The notes: generated by a model not told the origin, from the sequence alone. DNA of 64,000 nucleotides from Mycoplasmatota bacterium (GCA_044432805.1 JAWXUI010000003.1:40013-104012); one strand, 5' to 3'. Numbered from the stretch's first letter, positions 49,024 through 60,641 are shown. Translations and numbers: made by a program.

Positions 49024-49857
49024 ATGAACTATTCTCCTAGAAAAATGAAGGAAAATTTAGAAAATAATAATTTTAAGTTCAAAAAAAACTTCGGCCAAAA
49101 CTTTATAATAGATGAAAATATAGTAAATAGCATTGTTAATAAGGCACAAATAAAAGAAAATTCATTGGTTATTGAAATCGGTCCTGGTGCAGGCTCTTTA
49201 ACTGGTAAATTATGTCAAGTTGCTAAATATGTTTTGTGCTATGAAATAGATGAAAGTATAGAAAACATATTAAATGAAAATTTAAATTGTTATAATAATT
49301 ATGAAGTTATCTTTGATGATTTCTTAAAGAGAAATGTTGAGGAAGATTTAAAAAAATATAACTACGATAACTTATATGTAGTTGCTAATTTACCTTATTA
49401 TATTACAACGCCAATAGTTGTGAAACTTGTAGAAGAAAATATTGATGTGTCTAAAATAGTGGTAATGGTGCAAAAAGAAGTTGGAGATAGATTTAAGGCT
49501 GTTCCAGGGACAAAAGATTATTCTTCGCTTTCTGTGTTCTTAAGTTATTATTTTAAAACTAGTAAATTACTAGATGTATCTAGAAATGTTTTCATACCTA
49601 AACCGAATGTTGATAGCATAGTAGTTGCATTAGAGAAAAAAATGGAATTAAAACACCTAGAAAATAAAGAATTGTTCTTTAAATTAGTAAAAGATAGTTT
49701 TACACAAAAAAGAAAAACATTAAGAAACAATTTAAAAGATTATGATTTAGAAAATATTAAGTTAACATTAGAAAAATACAACTTAGATCTTAGTGTAAGG
49801 GCAGAGCAATTATCGTTAGATATTTTTATTGAAATTTCAAACAATTTATCTAAATAA
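49024..49857 (+). CDS. rsmA: 16S rRNA (adenine1518/1519-N6)-dimethyltransferase RsmA/KsgA.
   Basis: It reads FGQNFIIDENIVNSIV and has NLPYYITTPI. Confidence 0.9.
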   Translation: MNYSPRKMKENLENNNFKFKKNFGQNFIIDENIVNSIVNKAQIKENSLVIEIGPGAGSLTGKLCQVAKYVLCYEIDESIENILNENLNCYNNYEVIFDDFLKRNVEEDLKKYNYDNLYVVANLPYYITTPIVVKLVEENIDVSKIVVMVQKEVGDRFKAVPGTKDYSSLSVFLSYYFKTSKLLDVSRNVFIPKPNVDSIVVALEKKMELKHLENKELFFKLVKDSFTQKRKTLRNNLKDYDLENIKLTLEKYNLDLSVRAEQLSLDIFIEISNNLSK

Positions 49858-49875
49858 TAAATGATTATAAAAGTA

Positions 49876-49904
49876 TTGTTATTTATAAATAAAAGTGCTA
49901 TAAT
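49876..49904 (+). promoter_or_regulatory. Sigma-A-type promoter of the rpsF-ssb-rpsR operon.
   Basis: TTGTTA-N17-TATAAT with an upstream TG (extended -10). A GCTTAAA…TTTAAGC leader hairpin lies downstream. Confidence 0.55.
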
Positions 49905-49972
49905 CTTAAACGAGTATTTATTTACTCCTTGCTTAAAAGATTTAAGCCAAAGACCATAAGGAGGTGTAGAAA

Positions 49973-50263
49973 ATGACAAAATATGAAATCATGTTTATCG
50001 TTAAACCAACATTATCAGAAGAAGAAACAGCTACAGTAGCTAAAAACTTCGAAAACACAATAAATAATAACGGTTCTAAATTATTAGAAGTAACAGACAT
50101 GGGTCAAAAAGAATTAGCTTACGAAATCAAAAAATTTAAAAGTGGACATTATTTTTTAATGACATTAGAATCTTCTGATGATAAAGCAATTAAAGAATTT
50201 GATCGTTTAGCTTTAATTAGTCAAGATGTAATTCGTCATCTAATAACAAAATTAGAAGACTAG
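49973..50263 (+). CDS. rpsF: 30S ribosomal protein S6.
   Basis: It starts MTKYEIMFIVKP. Confidence 0.95.
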   Translation: MTKYEIMFIVKPTLSEEETATVAKNFENTINNNGSKLLEVTDMGQKELAYEIKKFKSGHYFLMTLESSDDKAIKEFDRLALISQDVIRHLITKLED

Positions 50264-50277
50264 AAGTAGGTGCTAAT

Positions 50278-50739
50278 ATGAATAAAGTTATGTTAATAGG
50301 TAGGATAACTACAAAACCAGAATTAAGATATACAAGTTCTAATTTACCGTTTACAAGATTTTCTGTAGCGATTAATAGAACATTTTCAAATCAACAAGGC
50401 CAAAGAGAAACTGACTTCATCAATGTAGTTGTTTGGAGAAAACAAGCAGAAAATGTTTGTAATTTCTTAAACAAAGGAAGTCAAGTAGCTATAGAAGGTC
50501 GATTACAAAGCGGAAGTTATGACGACAAAGATGGTAAAAAAGTTTATACATTAGATGTTCAAGCTGATAATGTTCAATTTTTGGAATCTAAATCACAAAG
50601 TCAAACAAGAGATAGTAACCCAAGTCCATATGATTATCAAAATAATCAAGGATATCAAAGTAATAATGTAAATGTGGATAATGACCCATTTGCTGATTTC
50701 GGTGATAGTGTTGCAATTGATGACAACTTCCTAGATTAA
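50278..50739 (+). CDS. ssb: Single-stranded DNA-binding protein.
   Basis: It has an OB fold and a C-terminal acidic tail ending DDNF. Confidence 0.95.
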   Translation: MNKVMLIGRITTKPELRYTSSNLPFTRFSVAINRTFSNQQGQRETDFINVVVWRKQAENVCNFLNKGSQVAIEGRLQSGSYDDKDGKKVYTLDVQADNVQFLESKSQSQTRDSNPSPYDYQNNQGYQSNNVNVDNDPFADFGDSVAIDDNFLD

Positions 50740-50753
50740 AGGAGGAAAAAATA

Positions 50754-50972
50754 ATGGCTGAATTTTATAAAAAAAGAAAAAAAATCTGTCAAATGTGTGC
50801 AGGTAAAGATGTAGATTATAAAAACACTGAAGTAATAAAAAAATATGTAAGTGCTGATAAAGGTAAAATTTTACCAAGAAGAGTTACAGGTGCTTGTGCA
50901 AAACACCAAAGACATATTGCTGGTGAAGTTAAAAAAGCTAGATTTATGGCTTTAATACCATTCGTAAAATAA
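50754..50972 (+). CDS. rpsR: 30S ribosomal protein S18.
   Basis: 72 aa and basic. Confidence 0.95.
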   Translation: MAEFYKKRKKICQMCAGKDVDYKNTEVIKKYVSADKGKILPRRVTGACAKHQRHIAGEVKKARFMALIPFVK

Positions 50973-50998
50973 AGACTATATAGTCTTTTTTTTTTATT
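50973..50998 (+). terminator. Intrinsic terminator after rpsR.
   Basis: AAGACTATATAGTCTT is followed by T10. Confidence 0.75.
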
Positions 50999-51057
50999 AA
51001 TAAAAACACTTTTAAAAGTATGTTTAATTTGCTATAATTTAACAAAGAGGGTGTCTC

Positions 51058-52068
51058 ATGGCGGAGTATATAATAAAAGAGAAAAACGGAGAAAAGATAA
51101 CTGTAAGAGATTTACAGTTGGAAATTTTAACAATCATGGATGAAGTTGACAGAGTATGCCGCAAAAATAAAATCAAATATGCGCTACATGCGGGGTCGTC
51201 CTTAGGAATAGTGAATTACAAGGGTTTTATCCCATGGGATGATGATATAGATGTAATAGTGAACAAAGATGATTATCATAAATTTATAAAAGCATTAAAA
51301 AAGGATTTAAAAAAAGATTTTGTTTTTCAGTGTTATGAAACAAATAAAAAATATAATGTTTTAATTCCTAATATGAAAATAAGAAAGAAAAACACCTTTA
51401 TAACGGAATCAAATACTTTCTTAAAAAATAGATGTAATGATTCAAATGGAATATTTGTCGATGTTATATGGTATGGAAATGTTAGTGAAAATGAAGCGAC
51501 AAATCAAATAAATAGGCTATGGATGAAATTTTTAATGCCGCTCGTAGTATTTTTGGACAATTTACACATCGATTTTAAACCATTGAAAAATTATATAGTA
51601 AGATACGGAGAAAGATTTTCTGATAAAAACAAAGATAGTAAGTATTGTTCTCAAACAATTAGTATTCCTTGGGAAAAATTATTTAATTATCCGAAATTTT
51701 TAAAAGAAGATATTTATCCTTTTAAAGAATACGATTTTGAAGGAAGAAAATATTATTCGTATAATAATATTCCTAAAGTAATGAAAGAGTGGTATGGAGA
51801 AAAATCAGTTTGTCAATTGATAGACGGTAAATATATAGATGTTTATCCTGAAAATAAAAGAGTTCCAAAACATACCGCTGACATAAATTTAAAAAATGGA
51901 TATCATAAAATCGATTACAAAGATATTGCTATGAAAATGTTTGGCTATTTAAGTTTGTTAATGTTTGTTATAACTTTTGTATTAATGAATGATGCAAGCT
52001 TGCCATTTTGTGGTTTAGGAATTATATTTTTGGGAATATCAATTTTGTTATATAACAATAGATTTTAG
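51058..52068 (+). CDS. licD: LicD-family phosphotransferase (phosphocholine or polyol-phosphate transferase family) with a C-terminal TM segment.
   Basis: It reads LHAGSSLGIVNYKGFIPWDDDIDVIVNKDDY and carries the LicD GxLLG…GFIPWDDDxD motif. A TGCTATAAT extended -10 lies upstream. Confidence 0.8.
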   Translation: MAEYIIKEKNGEKITVRDLQLEILTIMDEVDRVCRKNKIKYALHAGSSLGIVNYKGFIPWDDDIDVIVNKDDYHKFIKALKKDLKKDFVFQCYETNKKYNVLIPNMKIRKKNTFITESNTFLKNRCNDSNGIFVDVIWYGNVSENEATNQINRLWMKFLMPLVVFLDNLHIDFKPLKNYIVRYGERFSDKNKDSKYCSQTISIPWEKLFNYPKFLKEDIYPFKEYDFEGRKYYSYNNIPKVMKEWYGEKSVCQLIDGKYIDVYPENKRVPKHTADINLKNGYHKIDYKDIAMKMFGYLSLLMFVITFVLMNDASLPFCGLGIIFLGISILLYNNRF

Positions 52069-52070
52069 AA

Positions 52071-52092
52071 AATTGCAAAAGCAATTTTTTTA
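52071..52092 (+). terminator. Intrinsic terminator after licD.
   Basis: AATTGC AAAA GCAATT is followed by a T-run. Confidence 0.7.
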
Positions 52093-52115
52093 TTTACAAA
52101 AAAATGAAAAAACTA

Positions 52116-52144
52116 TTGCAATTCGACTTTAAATAAGGTATAAT
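52116..52144 (+). promoter_or_regulatory. S10 operon promoter, followed by a ~130-nt structured leader.
   Basis: TTGCAA-N17-TATAAT. The leader has GC-richer stretches (TGTCGACACGCCAGG) consistent with an L4-type autoregulatory leader. Confidence 0.6.
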
Positions 52145-52278
52145 TTTGAATGTGTGACATGCGAAGATGTGTAAGGTTGTCGACACGCCAGGTTAAGTTG
52201 TTAATAAATTTAATTTGAAAGTCGGGTTTTTACGCGGAGCAAGTCTATACAAAGATATAGACGAAAGGAGATACAATT

Positions 52279-52587
52279 ATGTCAAATACGAAAGTTCGCA
52301 TTAAATTAAAAGCTTTTGAACACAAAAGTCTTGATAATGCATGTGCAAAAATTGTTGAAACTGTAAAAAGAGCTGGTGGAGAAATTAGTGGACCAATTCC
52401 ATTACCAACAGAAGTTGAAAAAGTAACAATTTTAAGAGCTGTTCACAAATATAAAGATTCACGTGAACAATTTGAAAAAAGAACACACAAAAGATTAATT
52501 GATATCATTAATCCTACTAACGAAACAATCGAAGCGCTTAAACGCATTGATATTCCAAGTGGTGTTGATATTCAAATCAAATTATAG
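52279..52587 (+). CDS. rpsJ: 30S ribosomal protein S10.
   Basis: It starts [19 protein letters not shown]. Confidence 0.97.
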   Translation: MSNTKVRIKLKAFEHKSLDNACAKIVETVKRAGGEISGPIPLPTEVEKVTILRAVHKYKDSREQFEKRTHKRLIDIINPTNETIEALKRIDIPSGVDIQIKL

Positions 52588-52595
52588 GAGGAAAT

Positions 52596-53324
52596 ATGAA
52601 AAAAGGAATCTTAGGTCGCAAAGTTGGAATGACTCAAGTTTTTGCTGGAACTAAACTAGTACCTGTTACTGTTATTTCAGTTGAACCAAATGTTGTAACA
52701 CAAATTAAAACGATCGAAAACGATGGTTATGAAGCTATTCAATTAGGTTTTCATACCAAAAGAGAAAAAGTAGTAACAAAAGCTTCTATTGGTCATACAA
52801 ATAAAGCTAATACTACACCTAAGCGCTTCTTTAAAGAATTTAGAGATGTAGATACATCAGCATATTCTTTAGGTCAAGAAGTGAAAGTGGACATTTTTGA
52901 ATCTGGAGAAGTTGTAGACGTAACTGGTACTACAAAAGGTAAAGGGTTCCAAGGTGTTATTAAACGTCATGGACAATCAAGAGGTCCTATGGGTCACGGG
53001 TCGCACTATCATAGAGGTCCTGGTTCAATGGGAACAATGAAACCAATGCGTGTATTTAAAGGTAAAAAATTACCAGGTCATATGGGTACTTTAACAGTAA
53101 CAGTACAAAACTTAGAAGTTGTTGGTGTTGATGTTGAAAACAATGTAATTTTAGTAAAAGGAAACGTTCCGGGTGCAAAAGGTTCATTAGTAGTTGTTAA
53201 ATCAGCTGTTAAAAATCCAAACACTGTGAACGCTGCATATGAATTAGTGTCATACAAAAAAGAAGAAGCTCAAGTAGAAGCAACAGAAACAAATGTTGAA
53301 GAAACTGTAGAAGCGGCTAACTAG
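52596..53324 (+). CDS. rplC: 50S ribosomal protein L3.
   Basis: It starts [16 protein letters not shown]. Confidence 0.97.
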   Translation: MKKGILGRKVGMTQVFAGTKLVPVTVISVEPNVVTQIKTIENDGYEAIQLGFHTKREKVVTKASIGHTNKANTTPKRFFKEFRDVDTSAYSLGQEVKVDIFESGEVVDVTGTTKGKGFQGVIKRHGQSRGPMGHGSHYHRGPGSMGTMKPMRVFKGKKLPGHMGTLTVTVQNLEVVGVDVENNVILVKGNVPGAKGSLVVVKSAVKNPNTVNAAYELVSYKKEEAQVEATETNVEETVEAAN

Positions 53325-53336
53325 GAGGTAAATATA

Positions 53337-53963
53337 ATGGGTAAACAAACTGTATTAGATTTAACTGGTAAAAAAGTTAGCGATATCACTTTAAATAAAA
53401 AACTTTGGGCAATAGAACCAAATGACGCTGTATTATATGACGCAATAAGATTAACTAGAAATGCACAAAGACAAGGTACACATGACACATTAACAAGAGA
53501 TGAAGTACGTGGTGGAGGAAGAAAACCATGGAAACAAAAAGGAACTGGACGTGCTAGAGCAGGTTCAATAAGAGCACCACATTGGCGTTCTGGTGGAGTT
53601 ATTTTTGGACCACATCCAAGAAGCTACGCAAAACAAATGAATAGAAAAGAAAGAAGATTAGCTCTTCAATCAGCTTTATCTTATAAAGCACTTGAAAACG
53701 AATTAATCATTATTGACAATTTCAATTTAGAAACTTCAAAAACAAAAGAAGTTAAAAATATATTAAATAATTTAGGAGTTGACAACAAAGTTACACTAAT
53801 AGTTGTTGACGAACTTACAGAGAACATGATATTGGCTACACGTAATTTAAGTAACATTATTTTACAAGTTGCAAATGAAATAAACGTTTTAGATATCGTT
53901 GCTGCTAACAAAATGATTGTTACAACAAACGCTATTAAAACAATTGAGGAGGTGCTTATCTAA
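53337..53963 (+). CDS. rplD: 50S ribosomal protein L4.
   Basis: 208 aa, identified by order and conserved content. Confidence 0.95.
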   Translation: MGKQTVLDLTGKKVSDITLNKKLWAIEPNDAVLYDAIRLTRNAQRQGTHDTLTRDEVRGGGRKPWKQKGTGRARAGSIRAPHWRSGGVIFGPHPRSYAKQMNRKERRLALQSALSYKALENELIIIDNFNLETSKTKEVKNILNNLGVDNKVTLIVVDELTENMILATRNLSNIILQVANEINVLDIVAANKMIVTTNAIKTIEEVLI

Positions 53964-54247
53964 TGATGAGTAACTATAGAGACGTTATTAAAGCACCAAT
54001 TATAACTGAAAAAAGTGCTGATTTAGCGCAAAACCATAACACTATAACTTTTAGTGTTGATGTAAAAGCAAATAAAACACAAATTAAACAAGCTGTTGAA
54101 AAAATCTTTAATGTAAAAGTTGAAAGTGTAAATACAATAAACGTAAAACCTAAGAAAAAAAGAGTTGGACGTTATGTTGGTAAAACTGCGAAAGTTAAAA
54201 AAGCTATCGTAAAATTAGCAGAAGGAAGTTCAATAGAACTTAACTAA
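53963..54247 (+). CDS. rplW: 50S ribosomal protein L23.
   Basis: 94 aa, by order. Confidence 0.95.
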   Translation: MMSNYRDVIKAPIITEKSADLAQNHNTITFSVDVKANKTQIKQAVEKIFNVKVESVNTINVKPKKKRVGRYVGKTAKVKKAIVKLAEGSSIELN

Positions 54248-54258
54248 GGAGGGAAACT

Positions 54259-55092
54259 ATGGCTATAAAAACATATAAAGCAATGACAAATGGTACTCGT
54301 GGGATGTCAACATTAATAAATGATGAAATCACAAGTACAACTCCTGAAAAATCACTTCTTGTAACATTAAAGAAAAAAGGTGGACGTAATAACCAAGGTA
54401 AAATAACAGTTAGACACCGTGGTGGTGGAGCAAAAAGAAAATACCGTATCATTGATTACAATAGAACAAAAGATGGTGTGGCAGGGAATGTTGCTACTAT
54501 CGAATACGATCCAAACAGAACAGCAAATATCGCTTTAATTAAATATACTGACGGAACTAAAACTTATATATTAGCTCCAAAAGGTTTAAAAGTTGGGCAA
54601 AAAATAGAAAGTGGAGATAAAGCTGACATAATTGTTGGTAACAATCTTCCATTAATTAACATTCCTGAAGGTACAGTTGTTCACAACGTGGAATTAATTC
54701 CAGGACGTGGTGGTAAAATGGCTCGTAGCGCAGGTTCTAGTGTACAAATATTAGGACGTGAAGGAAACCATACATTATTAAGACTTACTAGTGGTGAAGT
54801 TCGTAAAGTATTAAGTGCTTGTCGTGCAACTATTGGTGAAGTTGGAAATGCAGATCATGAATTAGTTAGTATTGGTAAAGCTGGTCGTAAAAGACACATG
54901 GGTATTAAACCAACAGTTCGTGGTTCTGTTATGAACCCTAATGACCATCCACATGGTGGAGGAGAAGGTCGCGCTCCAATCGGACGTAAAGGGCCAGTTA
55001 CTCCTTGGGGTAAACCAGCATTAGGATATAAGACACGTAGCAAGAAAAAATCTTCAAATAAATTAATTGTACGTCGTCGTAAAACTAAATAG
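54259..55092 (+). CDS. rplB: 50S ribosomal protein L2.
   Basis: It reads [15 protein letters not shown]…GGGEGR. Confidence 0.97.
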   Translation: MAIKTYKAMTNGTRGMSTLINDEITSTTPEKSLLVTLKKKGGRNNQGKITVRHRGGGAKRKYRIIDYNRTKDGVAGNVATIEYDPNRTANIALIKYTDGTKTYILAPKGLKVGQKIESGDKADIIVGNNLPLINIPEGTVVHNVELIPGRGGKMARSAGSSVQILGREGNHTLLRLTSGEVRKVLSACRATIGEVGNADHELVSIGKAGRKRHMGIKPTVRGSVMNPNDHPHGGGEGRAPIGRKGPVTPWGKPALGYKTRSKKKSSNKLIVRRRKTK

Positions 55093-55110
55093 TGAAAGGA
55101 AGATTTAAAA

Positions 55111-55383
55111 ATGGCTAGAAGTTTAAAAAAAGGACCTTATGTTGCAGATCATTTAATGAAAAAAGTAGAAAAGGTTAACAAAGCTGAAAAAAAAGAAGTT
55201 ATTAAAACTTGGTCTCGCCGTTCAACAATTTTCCCTAATTTTATAGGATTAACATTTGCAGTACATAACGGGAAAGAATTTATTCCTGTTTATGTTACTG
55301 AAGATATGGTTGGTCATAAATTAGGTGAATTTGTTCCAACACGTAAATTTGGTGGACATGGTGACGACAAAAAAGGTAAATAA
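55111..55383 (+). CDS. rpsS: 30S ribosomal protein S19.
   Basis: It starts [15 protein letters not shown]. Confidence 0.97.
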   Translation: MARSLKKGPYVADHLMKKVEKVNKAEKKEVIKTWSRRSTIFPNFIGLTFAVHNGKEFIPVYVTEDMVGHKLGEFVPTRKFGGHGDDKKGK

Positions 55384-55408
55384 GTGATTACCAGGAAGGA
55401 GGACTAAA

Positions 55409-55744
55409 ATGGAAGCAAAAGCGATAGCAAAAACAGTAAGAGTTGCGCCTCGTAAAGCCCGTTTAGTTATAGATTTAATTCGTTCAAAAGATGTTGTTGA
55501 AGCGGATAAAATATTAGCAAATATCAATAAAGAATCTGCTAGATTAATTCGTAAAGTATTAACATCTGCTGTAGCGAATGCTGAAAACAACTTAAATTTA
55601 GATAAAACTAAATTAATAGTTAAAGAAGCATATATTAATGAAGGTCAAACAATGAAAAGAATGAAATTTGGTTCTCGTGGACACGTAGATCCAATTAAAA
55701 AAAGAACAAGTCATATAACTGTAATAGTTAGTGAATCAAAATAA
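55409..55744 (+). CDS. rplV: 50S ribosomal protein L22.
   Basis: 111 aa, by order. Confidence 0.95.
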   Translation: MEAKAIAKTVRVAPRKARLVIDLIRSKDVVEADKILANINKESARLIRKVLTSAVANAENNLNLDKTKLIVKEAYINEGQTMKRMKFGSRGHVDPIKKRTSHITVIVSESK

Positions 55745-55760
55745 GTGAGGAGGAGTACTA

Positions 55761-56441
55761 ATGGGTCAAAAAGTTAGTCCAGTCGGTCTTAGAATGGGAA
55801 TCAATAAAACTTGGGAATCTAAATGGTTTGCAGAAAATAAAGATTTTGCTAAATTTTTAAATAACGATGTTCAAATCCGTAAATTTTTAACAAAAAAATT
55901 AAAAGATGCATCAGTTTCAAGTATTATTATTGAAAGAAATCCTAAGAAGACTGAAGTAATTATCAATACAGCAAAACCAGGTGTAGTAATTGGACATGGT
56001 GGAGATGAAATTGAAAAATTAAAAAAACAATTATCGAAATTAGTAAATGAAGATGTACAAATTTCTATTATGGAAATCAAAACTCCAGATTTAGATGCAG
56101 CGCTAGTAGCTGAAAACATTGCACATCAAATAGAAAACCGTGTTTCATTTAGAATTGCACAAAAAAGAGCAATTAGAAACACAATGAAAGCAGGAGCAAA
56201 AGGAATTAAAACTTTAGTATCTGGACGTCTTGGTGGAGCTGATATAGCTCGTGGCGAAGGATATACAGAAGGAACAATTCCACTTCATACTTTAAGAGCA
56301 GATATAGATTATGCTCACAAAGAAGCTGATACAACTTATGGTAAAATCGGTGTTAAAGTATGGATTTATAAAGGAGAAATCCTTCCTGAGAAAACAAACA
56401 AGGGAGGTAATGTAGATGGCCGTAATTCCAAAAAGAACTAA
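55761..56441 (+). CDS. rpsC: 30S ribosomal protein S3.
   Basis: It starts [13 protein letters not shown] and has a KH domain. Confidence 0.97.
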   Translation: MGQKVSPVGLRMGINKTWESKWFAENKDFAKFLNNDVQIRKFLTKKLKDASVSSIIIERNPKKTEVIINTAKPGVVIGHGGDEIEKLKKQLSKLVNEDVQISIMEIKTPDLDAALVAENIAHQIENRVSFRIAQKRAIRNTMKAGAKGIKTLVSGRLGGADIARGEGYTEGTIPLHTLRADIDYAHKEADTTYGKIGVKVWIYKGEILPEKTNKGGNVDGRNSKKN

Positions 56442-56847
56442 GTACCGTAGACCACACCGTTTATCTTATGAAGGTAAATCAAGAGGTAATACTGAACTTC
56501 ATTTCGGTGAATATGGGTTAATGGCTATGGAAGGTGCTTATATTACACAACAACAAATAGAAGCAGCTCGTGTAGCTATGACACGTTATATGAAACGTGG
56601 AGGAAAAGTATGGATTAATATTTTCCCACATCTTTCATTAACAAAAATTCCTTTAGAAACTCGTATGGGTAAAGGTAAAGGTCAACCTGAAGTTTGGGTT
56701 GCTGTTGTAAAACAAGAAAAAATTATGTTTGAAATAGCTGGTGTATCTGAAGAAATAGCACGTGAAGCATTACGTTTAGCTATGCACAAATTACCAATCA
56801 AATGTAAATTTGTAAAAAAAGAAAGTGGTGAAGCTAGTGAAAAATAA
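56416..56847 (+). CDS. rplP: 50S ribosomal protein L16.
   Basis: It starts [15 protein letters not shown] and overlaps the end of rpsC. Confidence 0.95.
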   Translation: MAVIPKRTKYRRPHRLSYEGKSRGNTELHFGEYGLMAMEGAYITQQQIEAARVAMTRYMKRGGKVWINIFPHLSLTKIPLETRMGKGKGQPEVWVAVVKQEKIMFEIAGVSEEIAREALRLAMHKLPIKCKFVKKESGEASEK

Positions 56848-57031
56848 TGAATTAAGAAAATTAAGTACAGAAGAATTACTAGCCAAAATCGAAGAATATA
56901 AAGAAGAACTATTTAACTTAAGATTTAGTGCAGCAACAGGTTCGTTAGAAAAACCAGCGCGTATTAATGAATTAAGAAAATTAGTGGCACGTATGAAAAC
57001 AATCATTCGTGAAAAAGAATTAGAGAAGTAG
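56825..57031 (+). CDS. rpmC: 50S ribosomal protein L29. The start is uncertain; a GTG at 56837 is also possible.
   Basis: It reads [22 protein letters not shown]. Confidence 0.85.
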   Translation: MVKLVKNNELRKLSTEELLAKIEEYKEELFNLRFSAATGSLEKPARINELRKLVARMKTIIREKELEK

Positions 57032-57040
57032 GAGGAAACT

Positions 57041-57298
57041 ATGGAAAATAAAAATCGTGAATTTGTTGGTCGTGTAGTAAGCGACAAAAATGAAAAAACT
57101 ATTACAGTATTAGTGGAATCTTATACAAAAGATTCTTTATATCACAAACGTGTTAAAAGCTCAAAAAAATATACTGCTCATGACGAAAAAAACGAAGCTA
57201 AAATTGGAGATGTAGTGCGTATTGTAGAAACAAGACCATTATCAAAAATGAAAAGATATCGCTTAGTTGAAATCGTAGAAAAAGCAATTATCTTATAA
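57041..57298 (+). CDS. rpsQ: 30S ribosomal protein S17.
   Basis: 85 aa, by order. Confidence 0.95.
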   Translation: MENKNREFVGRVVSDKNEKTITVLVESYTKDSLYHKRVKSSKKYTAHDEKNEAKIGDVVRIVETRPLSKMKRYRLVEIVEKAIIL

Positions 57299-57325
57299 TT
57301 GTACTCGAAAAAGGAGGATTAAAAA

Positions 57326-57694
57326 ATGGTTCAACAACAATCTATGTTAAAAGTTGCTGATAATTCAGGTGCTCGTGAACTTATGGTTATACGTGTTCTT
57401 GGTGGAAGCAAAGTAAAAACAGGAAACATTGGGGACATAGTCGTAGGGACTGTCAAAAAATCACTTCCAAACGGAACAGTAACTTCTGGTAAAGTAGTTA
57501 AAGCTGTTATCGTAAGAAGTAAACAAGGTCTAAAAAGAGAAGATGGAACATATATCAAATTTGATGATAATGCTTGCGTTATTATTAAAGATGATAAAAG
57601 TCCAGTCGGAACTCGTGTATTTGGACCAGTGGCGCGTGAATTACGTGACCGTGAATATATGAAAATTGTATCACTTGCTAAAGAAGTGCTATAA
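57326..57694 (+). CDS. rplN: 50S ribosomal protein L14.
   Basis: It starts [19 protein letters not shown]. Confidence 0.97.
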   Translation: MVQQQSMLKVADNSGARELMVIRVLGGSKVKTGNIGDIVVGTVKKSLPNGTVTSGKVVKAVIVRSKQGLKREDGTYIKFDDNACVIIKDDKSPVGTRVFGPVARELRDREYMKIVSLAKEVL

Positions 57695-57712
57695 TCGAAA
57701 GGATGTTAAAAC

Positions 57713-58021
57713 ATGAACTTTAAAAATGGAGATAAAGTAGTTGTTATAGCAGGTAAAGATAAAGGGAAAAGTGGAAACATAACTAAAGTTTTAAGAGAAG
57801 AAAACAAAGTTATCGTAAGTGGAATTAACGTTGTTACAAAACACGTTAAACCAACAGGTAATCAACCAGGACAAAAAGTAACAGTTGATTCACCTATCCA
57901 TGCTTCAAACGTAATGATTGAAGATCCAAAAACAAAAAAACCTACTAGAATAGGACATACTACAGATAAAGCAGGAAAAAAAGTTAGAGTAACTAAAAAA
58001 TCTAACGAAATCTTGAAATAA
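57713..58021 (+). CDS. rplX: 50S ribosomal protein L24.
   Basis: It has a KOW motif (GDKVVVIAGKDKGK). Confidence 0.95.
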   Translation: MNFKNGDKVVVIAGKDKGKSGNITKVLREENKVIVSGINVVTKHVKPTGNQPGQKVTVDSPIHASNVMIEDPKTKKPTRIGHTTDKAGKKVRVTKKSNEILK

Positions 58022-58039
58022 GAAAGAAGGAGGGATATT

Positions 58040-58579
58040 ATGAACCGCCTAAAAGTGAAATATAATAATGAAATCGCACCAAGTTTAAAAGAAAAATTTT
58101 CTTACAAAGGTACGATGGAAATACCAAAACTAGATAAAATAGTTATAAACATTGGTGTAGGTGATGCTACTAATAATTCTAAATTAATTGATGCTGCAAT
58201 AGCAGATTTAGAAATTATTACAGGGCAAAAAGCTGTTCCAACTAAAGCAAAAAAAGCGATTGCTGGATTTAAATTAAGAGAAGGTCAAGCTATCGGTTGT
58301 AAAGTTACATTACGTGGAGAAAAAATGTACAACTTTTTAGATAAATTAATTAGTGTAACATTACCACGTGTAAGAGACTTTAGAGGAATATCTCCTAGAT
58401 CATTTGATGGTAGAGGAAATTATACTTTGGGATTAACAGAACAATTAATATTTTCAGAAATTGAATACGATAACGTAGTAAAAGTTCGTGGAATGGATAT
58501 TGTTTTTGTTACAACTGCTAAAACTAATGAAGAAGCTTATAGCTTATTAAAAGGTTTTGGTATGCCATTTAAGAAATAG
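58040..58579 (+). CDS. rplE: 50S ribosomal protein L5.
   Basis: 179 aa, by order. Confidence 0.95.
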   Translation: MNRLKVKYNNEIAPSLKEKFSYKGTMEIPKLDKIVINIGVGDATNNSKLIDAAIADLEIITGQKAVPTKAKKAIAGFKLREGQAIGCKVTLRGEKMYNFLDKLISVTLPRVRDFRGISPRSFDGRGNYTLGLTEQLIFSEIEYDNVVKVRGMDIVFVTTAKTNEEAYSLLKGFGMPFKK

Positions 58580-58588
58580 GAGGATACT

Positions 58589-58774
58589 ATGGCTAAAACA
58601 AGCATGAAAGTAAAAGCTAGTCGTAAACCTAAATTTAAAGTACGTGAGTATACTCGTTGTCAAAGATGTGGTAGACCACACGCAGTACTTAAAAAATATG
58701 GAATTTGCCGTATTTGCTTTAGAGAATTAGCTTACAAAGGACAAATACCAGGAATGAAGAAATCAAGCTGGTAG
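58589..58774 (+). CDS. rpsZ: 30S ribosomal protein S14, type Z (zinc-binding, 61 aa).
   Basis: It has the [10 protein letters not shown]…CRICFR Cys4 motif. Confidence 0.95.
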   Translation: MAKTSMKVKASRKPKFKVREYTRCQRCGRPHAVLKKYGICRICFRELAYKGQIPGMKKSSW

Positions 58775-58790
58775 TGAAGGGAGGATATAT

Positions 58791-59189
58791 ATGAACGTTA
58801 CAGATCCAATTGCAGATATGCTTACAAGAATTCGTAATGCAAATCAAATGCGATATAAAGAAGTTGAAGTACCCGCTTCAAAACTTAAACTAGAAGTAGC
58901 TAGAATATTAAAAGAACAAGGATTCGTTAGTGATTACAAAATTACTAAAGGAACTGTTAATGATACAATTGTATTGAATTTAAAATACAGTGAGAAAAAA
59001 GAACGTGTAATAACTGGATTAAAGAGAATATCAAAACCAGGATTACGTGTTTATGTTAAAGCAACAGAAGTACCAAAAGTATTAAATGGACTTGGAATTG
59101 CAATTATTTCAACATCGAAAGGTGTTATGACAGATAAAGAAGCAAGAGCTAATTCACTTGGTGGAGAAGTTTTAGCTTATGTTTGGTAG
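58791..59189 (+). CDS. rpsH: 30S ribosomal protein S8.
   Basis: It starts [17 protein letters not shown]. Confidence 0.97.
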   Translation: MNVTDPIADMLTRIRNANQMRYKEVEVPASKLKLEVARILKEQGFVSDYKITKGTVNDTIVLNLKYSEKKERVITGLKRISKPGLRVYVKATEVPKVLNGLGIAIISTSKGVMTDKEARANSLGGEVLAYVW

Positions 59190-59205
59190 AGAGTGAGGAT
59201 TTTAA

Positions 59206-59739
59206 ATGAGTCGTATAGGTAATAGAATAATTACAATACCATCAAATGTTACTGTAACAGTAGATGGTACTACGGTTTTGGTTAAAGGTCCAAAAGGAGA
59301 ACTTTCTACTGAAATCAATAAAAATATAACTGTAGTTATCACAGAAAACGAATTAAAATTAGAAAGAAAAAATGATAATTTTAAAAAGTTTCATGGAACT
59401 GCAAACGCTAATATTACTAACATGATAGTTGGTGTTACTGAAGGTTTTGAAAAAAAACTAGAAGCAGTAGGTGTAGGATACCGTTTTACTATTAAAGGAA
59501 ATACTTTAGTAGTAGCAGCAGGTTATTCACATCCAGTTGAAATGGAAGTTCCAACTGGAATTGCTATTGAATCGCCAAGTAATACAGAATTAACAATCAA
59601 AGGTTGTGACAAATGTCAAGTTGGTCAATTTGCAGCTGAAGTTAGAGAAATTAGAAGACCAGAACCTTATAAAGGTAAAGGTATTCGTTATGCTGGTGAA
59701 GTTATTATCCGTAAAGTTGGTAAAAAAGCTGGTAAATAA
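59206..59739 (+). CDS. rplF: 50S ribosomal protein L6.
   Basis: It starts MSRIGNRIITIP. Confidence 0.97.
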   Translation: MSRIGNRIITIPSNVTVTVDGTTVLVKGPKGELSTEINKNITVVITENELKLERKNDNFKKFHGTANANITNMIVGVTEGFEKKLEAVGVGYRFTIKGNTLVVAAGYSHPVEMEVPTGIAIESPSNTELTIKGCDKCQVGQFAAEVREIRRPEPYKGKGIRYAGEVIIRKVGKKAGK

Positions 59740-59760
59740 TTAAAGTAAAGGAGAATGGAT

Positions 59761-60123
59761 ATGATTAAAAAAGTATCTCGTAATGAAACACGTCTTGCAA
59801 GACACGCTCGTGTAAGAAACAAAATATCTGGAACTACATCAGTACCAAGATTAAACGTGTTTAGATCAAACAAAAACATTTTTGCTCAAATTATCGATGA
59901 TGAAAATGCAGTTACTTTAGTTAGTGCCTCTTCAATTGATAAAGATTTAAAAATTGAAAACGGTAGTAATATCGAAGCAGCTAAAAAAGTTGGAGAATTA
60001 CTTGCTAAAAGAGCAAAAGAAGCAAAAATAAATAAAGTTACATTTGATAGAGGTGGTTACCTTTATCATGGACGTGTTAAAGCATTAGCAGAAGTAGCAC
60101 GCGAAAATGGACTAGAATTCTAA
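59761..60123 (+). CDS. rplR: 50S ribosomal protein L18.
   Basis: It reads [19 protein letters not shown]. The ATG at 59761 is 9 nt after GGAG, whereas the track ATG at 59755 is too close to the RBS. Confidence 0.93.
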   Translation: MIKKVSRNETRLARHARVRNKISGTTSVPRLNVFRSNKNIFAQIIDDENAVTLVSASSIDKDLKIENGSNIEAAKKVGELLAKRAKEAKINKVTFDRGGYLYHGRVKALAEVARENGLEF

Positions 60124-60136
60124 GAGGAGGGTAATT

Positions 60137-60640
60137 ATGGAAAAAACAAGAAGAGAACCACGCCCAAAATTGTTTGAAGAAGAAGTTATCAATATTGGTA
60201 GAGTTACAAAAGTTAACAAAGGTGGTCGTACTTTCCGTTTTTCTGCTACAGTTGCTGTAGGAGACAGAAAAGGGCAAGTAGGAATTGGAACTGGTAAAGC
60301 AAACGAAGTACCAGATGCAATTAAAAAAGCCGTTCAAGCTGCTACTAAAAATGTAGTAAGAGTTTCTGTAGTTGATGGAACAATCCCACATGAAGCAATA
60401 GGTGTACAAGGAGCTAGTAAAGTATTACTTAAACCTGCATCAGCTGGTACTGGAGTTAAAGCCGGTGGACCAGTTAGATCAGTTTTAGAACTTGCTGGTG
60501 TTAAAAACATCTTATCAAAATCACTTGGTTCAAGTACAAAAGTTAATATGGCAAACGCAACATTAGAAGCGTTAAAATCTCAAAAAACAATCGAACAAGT
60601 AGCACAACTACGTGGTATGAAAGTTGAGGATTTAGTATAA
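60137..60640 (+). CDS. rpsE: 30S ribosomal protein S5.
   Basis: 167 aa with a dsRBD-like domain. Confidence 0.95.
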   Translation: MEKTRREPRPKLFEEEVINIGRVTKVNKGGRTFRFSATVAVGDRKGQVGIGTGKANEVPDAIKKAVQAATKNVVRVSVVDGTIPHEAIGVQGASKVLLKPASAGTGVKAGGPVRSVLELAGVKNILSKSLGSSTKVNMANATLEALKSQKTIEQVAQLRGMKVEDLV

Positions 60641-60641
60641 T

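Noticed and set aside
56837-56849. An ATG at 56847, overlapping the rplP stop as TAATG, taken as the rpmC start.
   Set aside because: It is out of frame with the conserved L29 sequence (…[12 protein letters not shown]…). The in-frame starts are GTG codons at 56825, 56828 and 56837.
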